A DNA stretch of 64,000 bases, taken from NCBI RefSeq assembly GCF_009914755.1, contig NC_060947.1; one strand, given 5' to 3'. Below the pieces are notes generated by a model. It made no database searches. It had not been told where the DNA came from and saw only the letters and a program-made list of their open reading frames with translations. The position numbers and the translations under genes are program-made. Origin of the DNA: the human T2T-CHM13v2.0 reference genome, Homo sapiens. Position 1 is the stretch's first letter, and every line of letters begins with the position of its first letter. Below are positions 34,717 to 53,498 of this stretch, piece after piece.

Positions 34717-36589
34717 TGCAGAGGATAGCAGGCTCAATAGTCAGGGAGAATTTTGGTAGAATAAGGCAGGCCTGCCCAGTAGAAGTGCCAAGAAATATGT
34801 TTGAGCAAAATACTAATTTAAAAATCTATATAAAAGGAAAAAACATACTTTAGGCCAAATACATTTTTTAATTAGCACATTTAGTTTTAAAGTACTTGTA
34901 ACTGTTTTGCTACTTATTCAAAGTATCCATATGCATGTATGCATACTCATTCTTCAGCTTCACACATACAACAAACATATACAATTTTTTACTCATTACA
35001 TAATTTTATTTCATAGAAATTCCTAATAAACACCTAAGTGTCTTGGGGAAAGCCAATATCTACGCTGACAAATTAAGATGGAGAACTAAGAAATTAATCC
35101 TTTTTTATCATATCATTTTTACATAAAGGACTCACAAAACGGACTCTAAGTTGCTCTCTCCATCCCCACACATTCAGAATAAATGTAATCATATGGACAA
35201 ATAATTCTTTCATCTTGTAATTCTAAGACTGAAATGTGAATTACCTTTATATGGTACCTCATCACTAGTCAGTAAGTGAACATTTTGGTCAGATACAATA
35301 TTTAGCATGATGTAATACAAATTAAATATTTCATTAATTTTATATCTTCTCTAAAGAATTTGGCTAATTCGACCCATATCTGGAGATGCAGATGGATCTT
35401 ATTTAATAGGCAGGGAAGGTACATTGATATAACATTAATACTTGACTGTGTACAACTTCTCAGGGAAGTTACGCATTTACTTTTAACCAAGAAGTTGGTT
35501 TCTCTATTGTTGAAAAGAAAGAACATCAAAACAGCCAAGATACCTGCTGTGGAAATGTCTCTTTCATTGGTCTCTGAAATCTCTATTTTACGCTGACTTT
35601 CATAAGAAGTATCTAGTCTTCCCTACTCGGTCACCTGGGAAGCTGTGATGTTAACTGCCAAAGACCCGTGTGACAAAAAAAAAAAGAAAAGAAAAGAAAA
35701 ATACTGAAACTAAAGGACAAGAAGAGGCTCCACATGAATCAGCAAGCAGGGTCAGTGTGAGTCCCATCCCAGGTGTGCCTTGTGAATTTGTAAGAGGAAA
35801 TACAGAGCCTTGCAGGTGGCATTTCCCCTGGCAATTAGTTTTCAAAAGGTCCCCTGCAAATTCTCAGCAGGAATGATGAGCCTATTTCCAAAGCCCTTTC
35901 CAACAACCTTCAGATTTCCGGCATTCAGATTGCACTTAAAAATAACAATCAACTTGCCAATCTTTTTTAGCAGCCTTCTAAATAGGTTGCTGTTCAAAGA
36001 AATAATGGGAGAGGCAGGGTGAGAAAACAGCAGGCACTTGATAAAGGCTACTATGAATGAGTGAGTGAAATGAATGAATGTATAAGGGCATGAATGAAAA
36101 GCCTACAAATGCCATTCTAAATCTGTAAATGATCAGAAAAGTATTTTTCCTAAGGGAATTATTTCATCTCAATTTGGAAATACTAGTTTCTGGACTCAGA
36201 GAGTGCATATAATCTATTTTCTCTTACAGTTGATTTGCATTTATAAAAGTAGGGTGTTTTTTTTTTTTTTCAGACAAAGCACATTATAAGAAAAAGAAAA
36301 AAAACTGATAACTTTGTTATGTCCTCAGTCTAAGCCTTTGAATCTCTTTGGTTGAAATGAGAAACCTGTTCCTGCTGGCTTTCATCCAGTGTTGCAGCAT
36401 TTCAAGGAAGTTTCAGCTGCATTAGACTTGCTCTCAACCCATTAAAACCCATAAAACCTAGGGGGAGTTCAGAGGGACCCAAAATAGGAAGAAGAATAGG
36501 TCCTCCTCTGCTGCTGTCCAAACCCATTTCCCACAGTCAGTATGATTTACACAAAGTCAATTTGTTTTCTTTTTTACCTTTTAAAAGGA

Positions 36590-36732
36590 ACTTTATTTTA
36601 TATTTTATTACCTATATTTAATGTGTAAAACATGGTTTTTGAATATCTGTATATATATAGTAAGATGATTACTACCATCAAAAAGATTTTCATATCTATC
36701 TCCTCTCATAGTTATCCCTTTTTTGTGGTTAG
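36590..36732 (-). mobile_element. L1MA-like 3' end (host of the nested stack; resumes ~48420-48640)
   Basis: atgattactaccatcaa..catatctatctcctctcatagtta. Continuation aacaaattt..atacaatacaatattattaa at 48440. Confidence 0.7.
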
Positions 36733-37089
36733 TGATATGGTTTGGCTATGTCCCCACCCAAACCTCATCTTGAATTGTAGCTCCCACAATTCCCATGTAT
36801 TGTGAGAGGGAGCCAGTGAGAGGTAATTGAATCAAGGGGGTGAGTCTTTCCCATGCTATTCTCGTGATCATGAATAAGTCTCATGAGATCTGATGGTTTG
36901 ATAAAGGGGAGTTTCCCTGCACAAGCTCTCTTCTCTTGTCTGCCACCATGTGAGACGTGCCTTCAGTTTCAGCCATGATTGTGAGGCCTCCCCAGCCACA
37001 TGGAGTCATGAGGCCATTAAACCTCCTTCTTTTGTAAATTGCCCAATCTCGGGTATGTCTTTATCAGCAGTGTGAAAATGGACTAATAT
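36733..37089 (+). mobile_element. THE1 solo LTR
   Basis: tgatatggtttggctatgtccccacccaaa ... gtgtgaaaatggactaata. Confidence 0.95.
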
Positions 37090-39419
37090 GCTAAGGATAC
37101 CTAAAATCCAAAAAAAAATGGCAGATAGGAGGCAGGACAAAATGACAGCTCCCACTCACACAGACAGAGCAGTGTGTGGAGACTCACATCATAAACTTTT
37201 GCTCCAAGAACTACTGCAGGAATATATCAGGAAAGCCAAGAGAATCCATGGATCCTATGAAGGAGGCAGATTGCTCCCACAGAACCTGGGAGACAGCACA
37301 AATACTGTGAATTCCCAAACTGTGAAAGTGGGAAAGGGGGATCATCCACCCCTGAACACACACCATCACTGAAGGTGCAGATCACAGGAGAAGGATTTGA
37401 CCTTACCTGGAGCTAAGATAATTTAGAGAGCTGAGTGAAATACAGGGGTAGAGGAAGAAGCAGAAAAAGACCTGTAGGTACTCTTGGTCCCCAGGGAAGC
37501 CATTTCTGACTTGTCTCTCAGGGGTCCTTGGGGAAGGCTGCCAGAGGAACTGGGAAAAGACCACAAGGAGAAGGAAACCTCCAGCTGAATTGTGTAACAA
37601 TTCCAAGTGAACATGAAGTTTCCTGACCAGAACTTGGGAGAGGGCATGAATATGGTGTGCAGACTCGACAGGCAGGGAGGTGCAAAAGCCCTGCTTGCTT
37701 TCTCAGCTTGGAGGCTGGTATCCTGGGGCAAGTTCTCAGCCCTGCCTACCCACTGCCTGGAAACAAACTCGGTGCTGTTAGGGGGGTGTAGGGTGGGAAT
37801 GAGACCAGCTTTTTAAGTTGCACGTGACCTGGGTGAGGCTTATACTGCGGCAAGCCAACCCAAAAAGAGTCTGAGCTCAGCCATGCCTAACCCTGCCTCC
37901 ATTTGATGGTTCTTCCCTACCCACCCTGGTAGCTAAAGACAAAGATCATATTTTCTTGGGAGTTCTAGGGCCCGACCCACAGTCTGATCCTCCCTATATT
38001 ACCACACCTCATGCTTTCTTGAAAGTGCCAATTCCTAGCAGGAGGCCATCCAGCATAAAACTAGTGCAATAAACAACAATAATACAACTAAGGACACTCA
38101 CAGAGTCCATTTCACTCCTCTGCCACCTCCACCAGAGCAGGTGCTGGAATCCACGGCTGAGAGACCTGAAGAAAGCAAGACATCACAGGACTCTGTGCAG
38201 ACACCTCCCAGTACCAGCCGGTAGCCTGGTAGCCCACTGAGTGGCTAGATCTAGAAGAGAAATAATCACTACAGTAAGGCTCTCAGCAAGCCACATCCCT
38301 AGGAAAAGGTTGGGGGGAGAGTAAAACATCAAGGGAGTACCCCATAAGACAAAAGAATCTGAACAGCAGTCTTGAGCTCCAGATCTGTCCTTTGACATAG
38401 CCTACCCAAATGAGAAGGAACCAGAGAAAATTCTGGCAATATGACAAAACAAGGTTCTTTAATACTCCCCCAAAATCACACTAGCTTGCCAGCAACAGAT
38501 CCAAACCAAGAAGAAATCCCTGAATTGCCAGAAAAAAGAATTCAGGTCAATTATTAAGCTACTCAAGGAGGCACCAGAGAAAGGTGAAGTCCAACTGAAG
38601 GAAATTTAAAAAAATGATACAAGAAATGGGGAGAAATCTTCAGTGAAATAGATAGCATAAATAAAAAATAATCACAAGTTCAGGAAATAAAGGACACACT
38701 TAGAGAAATGCAAAATATACTGAAAAGCCTCAGCAATAGAATCAAAAAAGCAGAAGAAAGAACTTCAGAGCTTGAAGACAAGGTTTTCAAAATAACCCAA
38801 TCTACAAAGACAAAGAGAAAAGAATTTTTAAAATGAACAAAGTCTCCAAGATGTTTGGGATTATGTTAAACAACCAAACCTAAGAATAATTGGTACCCCT
38901 GAGGAAGAAGACACATCAAAAAGTTTGGAAAACATATTTGGGGGAATAATAAAGGAAAACTTCCCTGGCCTTGCTAGAGGCTTAGACATCTAAATACAAA
39001 CCCAAGGAACACCTGGGAAATTCATCACAAAAAGATCATCACCTAGGCACATAGCCATCAGGTTACCTAAAGTCAAGAGAAAGGAAAAAATCTTAAGAGC
39101 TTTGCAGCAAAAACACGAGGTAACCTACAAAGGAAAACCTATCAGGTTAACAGAAACCCTACAAGCTAGAAGGGATTGGGGTCCTATCTTCAGCCTCCTT
39201 AAACAAAACAATTATTAGCCAAGAATTTTGTATCCAGTGAAACTAAGCTTCATCAATGAAGGAAAGATACATGCTTTTTCAGACAAACAGATGATGAAAG
39301 AATTCACCACTAACAGGCCAGCACTACAGGAACTGCTAAAAGAAGCCCTAAATCTTGAAATGAATCCTGGAAATACATCAAAACAGAAATTATTTAAAGC
39401 ATAAATCGCACAGGACCTA

Positions 39420-41907
<2,488 letters not shown>

Positions 41908-44324
41908 GACTGTAAAATAAAAATACAATAAATAAATAAAAACCAAGGTATTCAGGCAACAAATAGCACAACGAATGGATTACTACTTACATCTCAATAA
42001 TAACTTTGAATGTAAATGGCCTAAATGCTCCACTTAAAAGATGCAGAATTGCAGAATGGATAAGAATTCACCAGCCAAGTATCTGCTGCCTTCAAGATAC
42101 TCACCTAACATAAGGACTCACATAAACTTAAGGTAAAGGGTGGAAAAAGACATTCCATGCAAATTAACACCAAAAGCTATCAAGAGTAGCTATTCTTATA
42201 TCAGATGAAACAAACTTTAAAGCAACAGCAGTTTAAAAAGACAAAGAGGGACATTATATAGTGATAAAAGGCCTTGTCCAACAGGGAAATATCAAAATCA
42301 AAATCCTAAATATATATGCACCTAACAATGGAGCTTCCAAATTTATAAAACAATTAGTACTAAACCTAAAAAATGAGATAGACAGCAACACAACAATAGT
42401 AGGGGACTTCAATACTCCACTGACAGCACTAGACAGGCCATCAAGACAGAAAGTCAACAAAGAAACAATGGATTTAAACTATACCCTAGAACAAATGGAG
42501 TTAACAACAGATATTTACAGAACATTGCACTCAGCAACCACAGAATACACATTCTATTCATCAGCACATGGAACTTTCTCCAAGATAGACCATATGCTAT
42601 GGCACAAAACAAGTCTCAACAAATTTAAGAAAATTGAAATTATACCAAGTATTTTCTCAGACCTCAGTGGAATAAAATTGGAAATCAACTCCAAAAGGAA
42701 CCTTTAAAACCATGCAAATACATGGAAATTAAATAACCTTCTCCTGAATGATCACTAGGTCAACAATGACATCAAGATGAAAATATAAAAATTCTTTAAA
42801 CTGAATGATAATAGTGATACAACCTATCAAAACCTTTGGGATACAGCTAAGGTGGTGCTAAGAGGAAAGTTAATAGCATTAAATGCATATATCAAAAAGT
42901 CTGAAAGAGCACAAATAAACATCTAGGGTCACACCTCAAGGAACTAGAGAAACAAGAACAAACCAAACTCAAACCCAGCAGAAGAAAAGAAATAACCAAG
43001 GTAAGAGCAGAACTAAATGGAATTGAACAAAAAAATACAAAAGATAAATGAAACAAAATGCTGCTTCTAAGAAAAGTTAAATAAAATTGTTAGACTATTA
43101 GCAAGATTTACCAAGAAAAGAGAGCAGATCAAAATAAGCTCAATTAGAAATGAAATGGGAGCTGTTACAACTGAAACCACAGAAATACAAAATTTTATTC
43201 AAGATTACTATGAACACCTTTACACACACAAACTAGAAAACCCAGAGGAGAAGGATAAATTCCTGGAAATATACAACCCTCCTAGCTTAAATCAGGAAGA
43301 ATTAGAAACCCTGAACAGATCAATAACAAGCAGTGAGATTGAAATGGTAATTTTAAAATTACCAACAAAAATAAGTCCAGGACCAGACGGATTCACAGTT
43401 GAATTCTATCAGAACTCAAAGAAGAATTGGTACCAATCCTATTGGCACTATTCCACAAGAAAGAGAAAGAGGGAATCCTCCCTAAATCATTCTGTGAAGC
43501 CGGTATCACCCTAATACCAAAATCATGACAGGACATAGCAAAAAAAAGAAAACTGCAGACCAATATCCCTGATGAACATAGATGCAAAAATCCTTAAGAA
43601 AATACTAGCTAACCAAAACCAACAGCATATCAAAAAGATAATCCACCATGATCAAGTGGGTTTTATACCAGGGATACAGGGATGGTTTAACATACACAAG
43701 TCAATAAATGTCATACACCACAAAAACAGAATTAAAAACAAAAATCACATGATCATCTGAATAGATGCAGAAAAAGCATTTGACAAAATACAGCATCCCT
43801 TTATGATTAAAACCCTCACCGAAATCAACATCCAAGGGACATACCTCAATGTAATAAAAGCCATCAATGACAAACCCACAGCCAACATAATACTGAAAGG
43901 GGAAAAGTTGAAAAAATTCCCTCTGAGAACTGGAACGAGACAAGGATGCCCACTCTCACCACTTCTATTCAACATAGTACTGGAAGTCCTAGCCAGAGCA
44001 ATCAGACAAGATAAAGAAATAAAGGGCATCCAAATTGATAAAGAGGAAGTCAAACTGTCACTGTTTGCTGATGATGTGATTGTATATTGTATACCTAGAA
44101 AACGCTAAAGACTCCTCCAAAAAGCTCCTAGAACTGATAAATGAATTCAGCAAAGTTTCAGGATACAAAATGTATGTACACAAATCAGTAGCTCCGCTAT
44201 ACACCAACAGCGTCAAGCCGAGAATCAAATCAAGAACTCAACCCTTTTTACAATAGCTGCAAAAAAATAAAAACTTAGGAATATACCTAACCAAGGAGGT
44301 GAAAAACCTCTACAAGGAACACTA

Positions 44325-46751
<2,427 letters not shown>

Positions 46752-47964
46752 GAAAATGACCATCCTGCCAAAAGCAATCTACAAATTCAAGGCAGTTTCC
46801 ATCAAAATACCACCATCATTCCTCACAGAACTAGAAAAAAAAAATCCTAAAATTCATATGAAAAAAAAGGAGCCCGTGTAGCCAAAGTAAGACAAAGCAA
46901 AAAGAACAAATCTGGAGGCATCACATTACCTGACTTCAAACTACACTATGAGGCCATAGTCACCAAAACAGCATGGTACTGGTATAAATATAGGCACATA
47001 GACCAATGGAACAGAATAGGGAACCCAGAAGTAAGCCCAAATACCTACAACCAACTGATCTTTGACAAAGCAAACAAAAACCTAAAGTGGGGAATGGACA
47101 TCCTATTCAACAAATGGTGGGATAATTGGTAAGCCACATGTAGGAAAATGAAACTGGATTCTCATCTCTCACCTTATACAAAAATCAACTCAAGATGCAT
47201 CAAGAACTTAAGTCTAAGCCCTGAAACTATAAAACCTCTAGAAGATAACATCAGAAAAACCCTTCTAGACATTGGCTTAGGCAAAGACATCATGATCAAG
47301 AACCCAAAAGCAAATGCAACAAAAACAAAGATAAATAGGTGAGACTTAATTAAACTAAAGAGCTTCTGCACGGCAAAAGGAAAAGTCAGCAGAGTAAACA
47401 AAGAGTGGGAGAAAATTTTCACAGTCTATACATCTGACAAAGGCCTAATATCCAGAATCTACAAGGAACTTAAATTAGCAAGAAAAATGAAACAATCCCA
47501 TCAAAAAGTGGGCTAAGGAAATGAAGAGACAATTCTCAAAAGAAGATACACAAATGGCCAACAAACGTATGAAAAAATGCTCAACATCACTAATGATTAG
47601 GGAAATGCAAATCAAAACCACAATGCAATATCAACTTACCCCTGCAAGAATGGCCATAATCAAAAAATCAAAAAATAATAGTTGGTGGTGTGGATGCAGT
47701 GAACAGGAAGCACTTTTACACTGCTGGTGGGAATGTAAGCTGGTACAACCACTACGGAAAAAAGGGGAGATTCCTTAAAGAACTAAAAGTAGAACTACCA
47801 TTTGATCCAGCAATCCCACTACTTGGTATCTACCCAGAGGAAAAGAAGTAATTATACAAAAAAGATACTTGCACATGCATGTTTATAGCAGCACAACTCA
47901 CAATTGCAAAAATATGAAACAAGCCCAAATGCCCATCAATCAACAAGTGGAAAAAGAAATTATG

Positions 47965-47987
47965 GTGTGTGTGTGTGTGTGTATGTG

Positions 47988-48047
<60 letters not shown>
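47965..48047. repeat. (TG)n(TA)n microsatellite
   Basis: Seen directly. Confidence 0.97.
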
Positions 48048-48049
<2 letters not shown>

Positions 48050-48954
48050 GGAATACTACTCAGCTATAAAAAGGAACAAATTAAAGCCATTCACAGCAAC
48101 CTAGATAGAACTGGAGAATAATATTTCAGGTGAAATAACTCAGGAATGGAAAACTAAACATCATATCTTCTCACTCATAAGTGGGAGCTAAGCTATGAGG
48201 ATGCAAAGGCATAAGAATGATACAATGGACTTCGGGGACTTGAGGGAAAAGGTGGAAAGTAAGTGAGGGATAAAAGACTACAAATTGAGTTCAGTATATA
48301 CAGCTTGGGTGATGGGTGCACCAAAATCTCATAAATCATGGCTAAAGAATTTACTCATGTAACCAAATACCACCTGTTCTCCAAAAACTTATGAAAATAA
48401 AAAAAATGAAGAAAAAGAATATCAAAAACCTATTATCTTAACAAATTTCTACCATACAATACAATATTATTAAGTATACATCTCATGCTGCATATATGAT
48501 CTCTAGACTTATCCATCCTACCTAATGGAAAATTTGGGCCCTTTGATGTATATCTTCCTACTTCCTCTCCCTCCCTGGTCTTGATAACCACCATTCTACT
48601 CTTTGTTTCTATTTATGCAATTTTTTTAGATTCTACATACCAATATTTTTCTTCACTGAGCAATGGGCTTGCTCTTCCAATAAATTATACTCTAATATAT
48701 AGAATTCCCTAAATAATCAGCTTTAATTTCTTCAAAACAAAATGAGGAGTTTCATAAGATGACCTTGGAAGTCTTCTTTTATAAATATTTTTAATGAACT
48801 TGATAGACTATTTTAAGAAAAAAATAAAATAGTGCCTAAAAATTAATTTTCATTTATAACTTTGGAAAGAAAACTGAAAATAATTATGCACTCTAATATG
48901 ACTGTCTTGAAAAAGGATTCGTGTTAACAACTGAGTAGAGTATATTGCAACTAA

Positions 48955-51770
48955 CACCATAAAAAGCAATCCTGGAAAACAACATATGATGAACGATTCC
49001 ATTGAAAACTAATGAAAATATGGCAAACCTAAACTTGTTAAGGTGATAAATACCTGACATGCAGGGCATAAAGAAACATTGCTTGTAAAATAAAACTTCC
49101 CAAGTAAAGGGGAACAAAAAATATCACAGGTGGTTTGTGATAAATGTAGACACATTCCCACATGTATGAAATGTGAACCAAAAAGAAGGTTAATAGCAGC
49201 TTCCATTCATATAAGAAAAAAGAACAAGTCAGCATTTAAGCTTAAAGAACACCCCAATTAAAGATACAGTTGAAAAACAAATGTATCCATGAAGGGAAAA
49301 TAAGGCCCTTAAGGAAGAGGAATTGGAAGAAAGGGCCAAGGCAAGAGGATGAAAGTGCTCGGCGCTGGTCCCAGGTAAAGTTATGACTCTGGGCAGGTGG
49401 TCTGAGGATTGCCCATTTGCAGCTCCATACCCATTTCCCTCTGACATCTCTCCCTGCCCACTCAGGCTCCTGCTGTCTCCCTAGCAAAACCCTGCTTTTG
49501 GGTGAAAACCTCTATATCATGCTCACCACAGTACAAAGACTAATCCAGCTCCATGGGACCCCTGGGTGTGGCTGGGGCTAAGCAGGGGAGAAGGGGAAGA
49601 AGATGATGTGCCTCTTAGCGAAGGTCACACAAGGTTGGGGCAGGATGCCTCCCCTCTCTTCCTAGATCTGAGTGGGTCTGTGCCTGGCAATGGCCAATCT
49701 CTGAAAAAAAATGTACTGTTGAGAACAAACGCCAATTTTCTGGCTACGCTAACAAGAGCTAAGTGACGCAGTGGACAAAGCAATGATGCTGTTCCTGGCT
49801 CAATCTCTCTCTTCGACAATGATAATTTGCCACATCAACTTACCTTCCCAGACACGAAGCATCAGAGGATTAGCTATTAAAAGAAAGACATTTTCTCGCT
49901 CATTACAGCCTGCAATGTAAAATGTCCAGAGATACAAGGAGTCCTGTTTTCACCATTAAAGTAGAAATTATTTCCGGCAGCTTTGGGAGAAAATGCAATT
50001 ATTTTCCTTCCTGTCACAGTGTTTCCAAACTCACCTAGAGATGAGAGCACCCTATTAAAATGGACTCATTGTTCGAATGATGCCAGTGAATGCTCTTCTC
50101 TGACCTGGGGGTGGGAGACTGGCCCCTGAGTCCTCACCCCTTGGGATTCAGGATCACCAAGGGCACAGGTAATTAGACAGTACTGAGTCACTACCACTTA
50201 CATTCTAGTAGCAGGAAGAGGAAACTTTTCTTTTTTAGAGTGCTCTTTTTATTATCCTTGTGAGAAAGTACATATAGTGATCTGAAGTGCAAGAGTGACT
50301 TGTGCAGAATCTCCTATAAGCAGCGAGAAAACCAGTGTGAAGTCCTACCTCTTGACACCAAGTCTAGCGTTAACATTACCCTCTGACCTGCATTAATACG
50401 ATATGTTATAGAGAGACCAGATTCCCGCTTCCTATGTAATTCGTAGAGTCATCCCAGTCTGCTTAGCAAAGGAAGTCATAGCACAGGGGTGCCGTTGCCC
50501 CGGAAGCATTGCAATCAATCATCAGTTTGGGATTGTTTTCTTTCACTTCCACCAACAGCTTCTCGATTTCCAAATTAGTTCCATAGGTCTTCAACTGTAG
50601 GTGTTTTAGATTACAGTTTGGGTTCTCTAACGCCTTAAAGAGAATCCGTAATCCACGAGCCATGTGATTGAGACTCAGGTCCAAGTTTGTGAGGACTTCT
50701 TGGAGTAGCTTTGAGAGATGTCTGCAGCCACGCTTGGTGATATTGCATTGCTGTAACACCAACGTCTGCAGTTTACACTCAGGGTAACTCAAACCCTCAC
50801 CCAGAAGCTTCACCCCTTTATCCCCAGTGGGGTTCTTGGCCAAGCACAGTTGTGTCAGCTGCTGGCTGACAACCAAAACAGCAGCAAGGTCCTTGCAACT
50901 GGCTTCTATAAGATGACAGTTTTCCAACGACAACTTCTGCAAGATGCTATTTGGGTGTCTCACTGTCTCCTACAGCAACTTGGCACCCTCATCCAGGACC
51001 TCATTGGCTGAGAGGTGTAGGTACCTCAGGGACTGGTGGGTCTTGAGTGCAAAGGGGAAATCAGCCCACTGCCCCATGGTGGAAGAGGAAATTTTTCAAG
51101 GAAGAAAGTGAACACTTTAGGGAGAGCCCACCCATTTTGCTAATGGCCAGAGCTCACTTTGCCAGATTGCTGCAGACTTTTTGGCTGCTCTATTCCTAGA
51201 AGTCCAGTGGCTCCCTGCCCCTTGTGAAACCTCACAGTTTGAATCTGCTTAGCCACGGGTCTTTCCCCACTTGCCTGTTGCCACAGCGAAAGAAAGACAC
51301 CTGTAACTCCATCTGCACTGATACTGAGTTCTTTGGCTTTGGGCAGAGCTCTCAACCAACTTGGCTGTTAAGCAAAGTTGCTCCAAGTGGCAGGTTGCTT
51401 CCCTGCAGGGTCCACTAGACTTTGCTCTGGTCACTGGGCTGGTCACAGTCTTAGTCCCTGACCCAGGTCGTCTTGTTCTCTGTTCCTAAGAGGACCCAGT
51501 GAGATCATGTCCCTATCTCAGTACAATCTCCTCCTCAGAAATTCAGAGTCAACATTCTGAAGATGACTAATTCACACCATCTGGCATCATGAGCTATCAT
51601 ATCACCATCCAAGATGAATTTCCAGAATAAATGACTAAGGAGAGCCCCCCTGCCAACCGCCACCACCTCACACACCTTCAAACTATGTTTTTACTTTAGT
51701 ATTGCTTGTATAGTGCAATGAGAATCCACTGTTATGATATAAGCATTCCATGATGTATCCTGATTTATAT
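48955..51770. repeat. Tandem duplication copy B, proximal block (interrupted by the NLRP7 retrocopy)
   Basis: Colinear with 330-2380 once 50231-51097 is removed. Confidence 0.95.
50231..51080 (-). pseudogene. NLRP7P1: 5'-truncated processed pseudogene of NLRP7 (LRR region and 3' UTR)
   Basis: ORF 50463..50963 has RI-like LRRs (LSLENCHL, CKLQTLVL) and ends KTYGTNLEIEKLL...IDCNASGATAPLCYDFLC, resembling the NLRP7 C-terminus and not NLRP2. Intronless. AATAAA at 50253-50248, short poly(A) at 50236-50231, TSD ggaagaggaaa(c/t)ttttc at 50214-50230 and 51081-51097, in-frame TAG at 50972-50970. The P1 symbol assumes this is the human locus. Confidence 0.9.
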
Positions 51771-53060
51771 TTTTAAGATATCATTTTTGTATGTCATGGA
51801 TATTGTTTTTAATGTGTATGCTGATACGTGTTTTCTTTGCTTTTTGGTTGTGTTATGTGCCATAGGCTACACGACATCTTGGGCAAGCCCAAAAATTGAA
51901 GCAGAAGTTAACAGTAAAGGAATGACTTCTGATTCCCTCATCATGTCTACCTAGGTCCTCTAAAGCAGTCATTCAATAGGTACATAAAAATTATACTCTT
52001 GACAACACTTTGAGGTATACTCAGTCTCAAAATTTTTAAGGTAGGTTTCCAAGGACCAATTCCTCCCCAAAGAGCAACTGTGGGCTAAGCTGTGGGAAGC
52101 CTAGAAGGGCAGAAGGCTTTGTGAAAATATTCCTTTAACACTAGCACTATTCGAATTCTCAGCTTTGGGCTAATCATGTGATAGGAAATATGAGCCTAAG
52201 GCTAAATCATTGAACTGAGAACCTTACAGTGGGGCTAACATGACCCTTGGACTGTGGTATTCACTAGCTACCAATGGTAGCAGAAGCAAATAAGAAAATA
52301 AATATTTGGAGCACAAAATTCTCACAAAATAAGATGATAAAATGAGTTTACAATTAAATATCACTAAGTGTAAGAAAAGGACACAATAAGTAAGAATAAG
52401 GAAAAGCATCAAACATTGGATTTAAATTCACAAGGATTTAAGATATTACAAGTGTTGTCCAATGTTTGCTACTGTTGAGGACAGTTAAACTAACAAGAGA
52501 CTTTACAACAGATATAATGAAAGACAGAGGATGTCAAATGTTGTGAGAACACAATTGTCAACCTCAAATTGTATAGTCAACAGTTATTTAAAGAATACAA
52601 AAGTAAAATAAGAATACTTACAGATAAATAAAAACTGTAAGAGTTTACCGCTAAGAAGACCCAAATGAACTTCTAAATAATATGTTACAGGAAGAACAAT
52701 TATTTTAGAAGGAATGTCTGGGATGCAAGAAGTAATGGTGATAAAATAAAATGTTAGCAGTATGTGCAAATACAAGCAAGCATTATCTTTACAAATGATA
52801 ACAAGTAGTACTATTTCATGGGATTACAAAAAAATCAGAAATAAAATACTGGTCAATAATAGTGAATAAGCTGTAGAATAGGTAAGCAGAGTTAAAGTTT
52901 ATTGTTTAGGAGAATAATTAAGATTTTTAATGTAAGATTTTGTTAAAGTAAATAAGCATGGGAAAATTTCAAAGTAACAGTAAATTGATGAGAATAGACT
53001 TATAACTTCCAAACAAATGGAAATAATAAAAATGGAATAAGGGAAAACATGAATACCCAG

Positions 53061-53498
53061 TGTTATAGTTTGGATGTTTGACCCTTCTGAATCTCATGTT
53101 GAAATTTGATCCCCAATGTTAGATGTGGGGCCTAATGAGAAGTATTCAAATCATAGGGGTGTATCCCTCATGAGTAGATCAGTGCCCTCCTTGGAGGTGG
53201 CAGGAATTAGTGAGTTCTTGCTCTATTATTTCCCTGGAGAGTTGGTCATTCAAAAAGATCCTGGAATCTCCCTCCCCTCTCAATCTTGCTTCCTGCCTCA
53301 CCATGTGATCTCTACACACACTGACTCTTCTTCACCTTCTGGCATGAGTGGTAGCAGATTAAAGCCCTCACCACAAGCAGATGCTGGTGCTGTGCTTCTT
53401 GCACGGTCTGCAGAGCTGTAAGCCAAATAAACCTCTTTTCTTTATAAATTATCCAGCCTCAGATATTCTTTTTATAGCAACACAAATGGACTAAGACA
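53061..53498 (+). mobile_element. MaLR solo LTR (MSTB-like)
   Basis: tgttatagtttggatgtttgaccc ... agcaacacaaatggactaagaca. Confidence 0.9.

Noticed and set aside
50463-50963. Functional NLRP exon or NLRP2 copy
   Set aside because: Intronless with TSD, poly(A) and an upstream in-frame stop. The C-terminus fits NLRP7.
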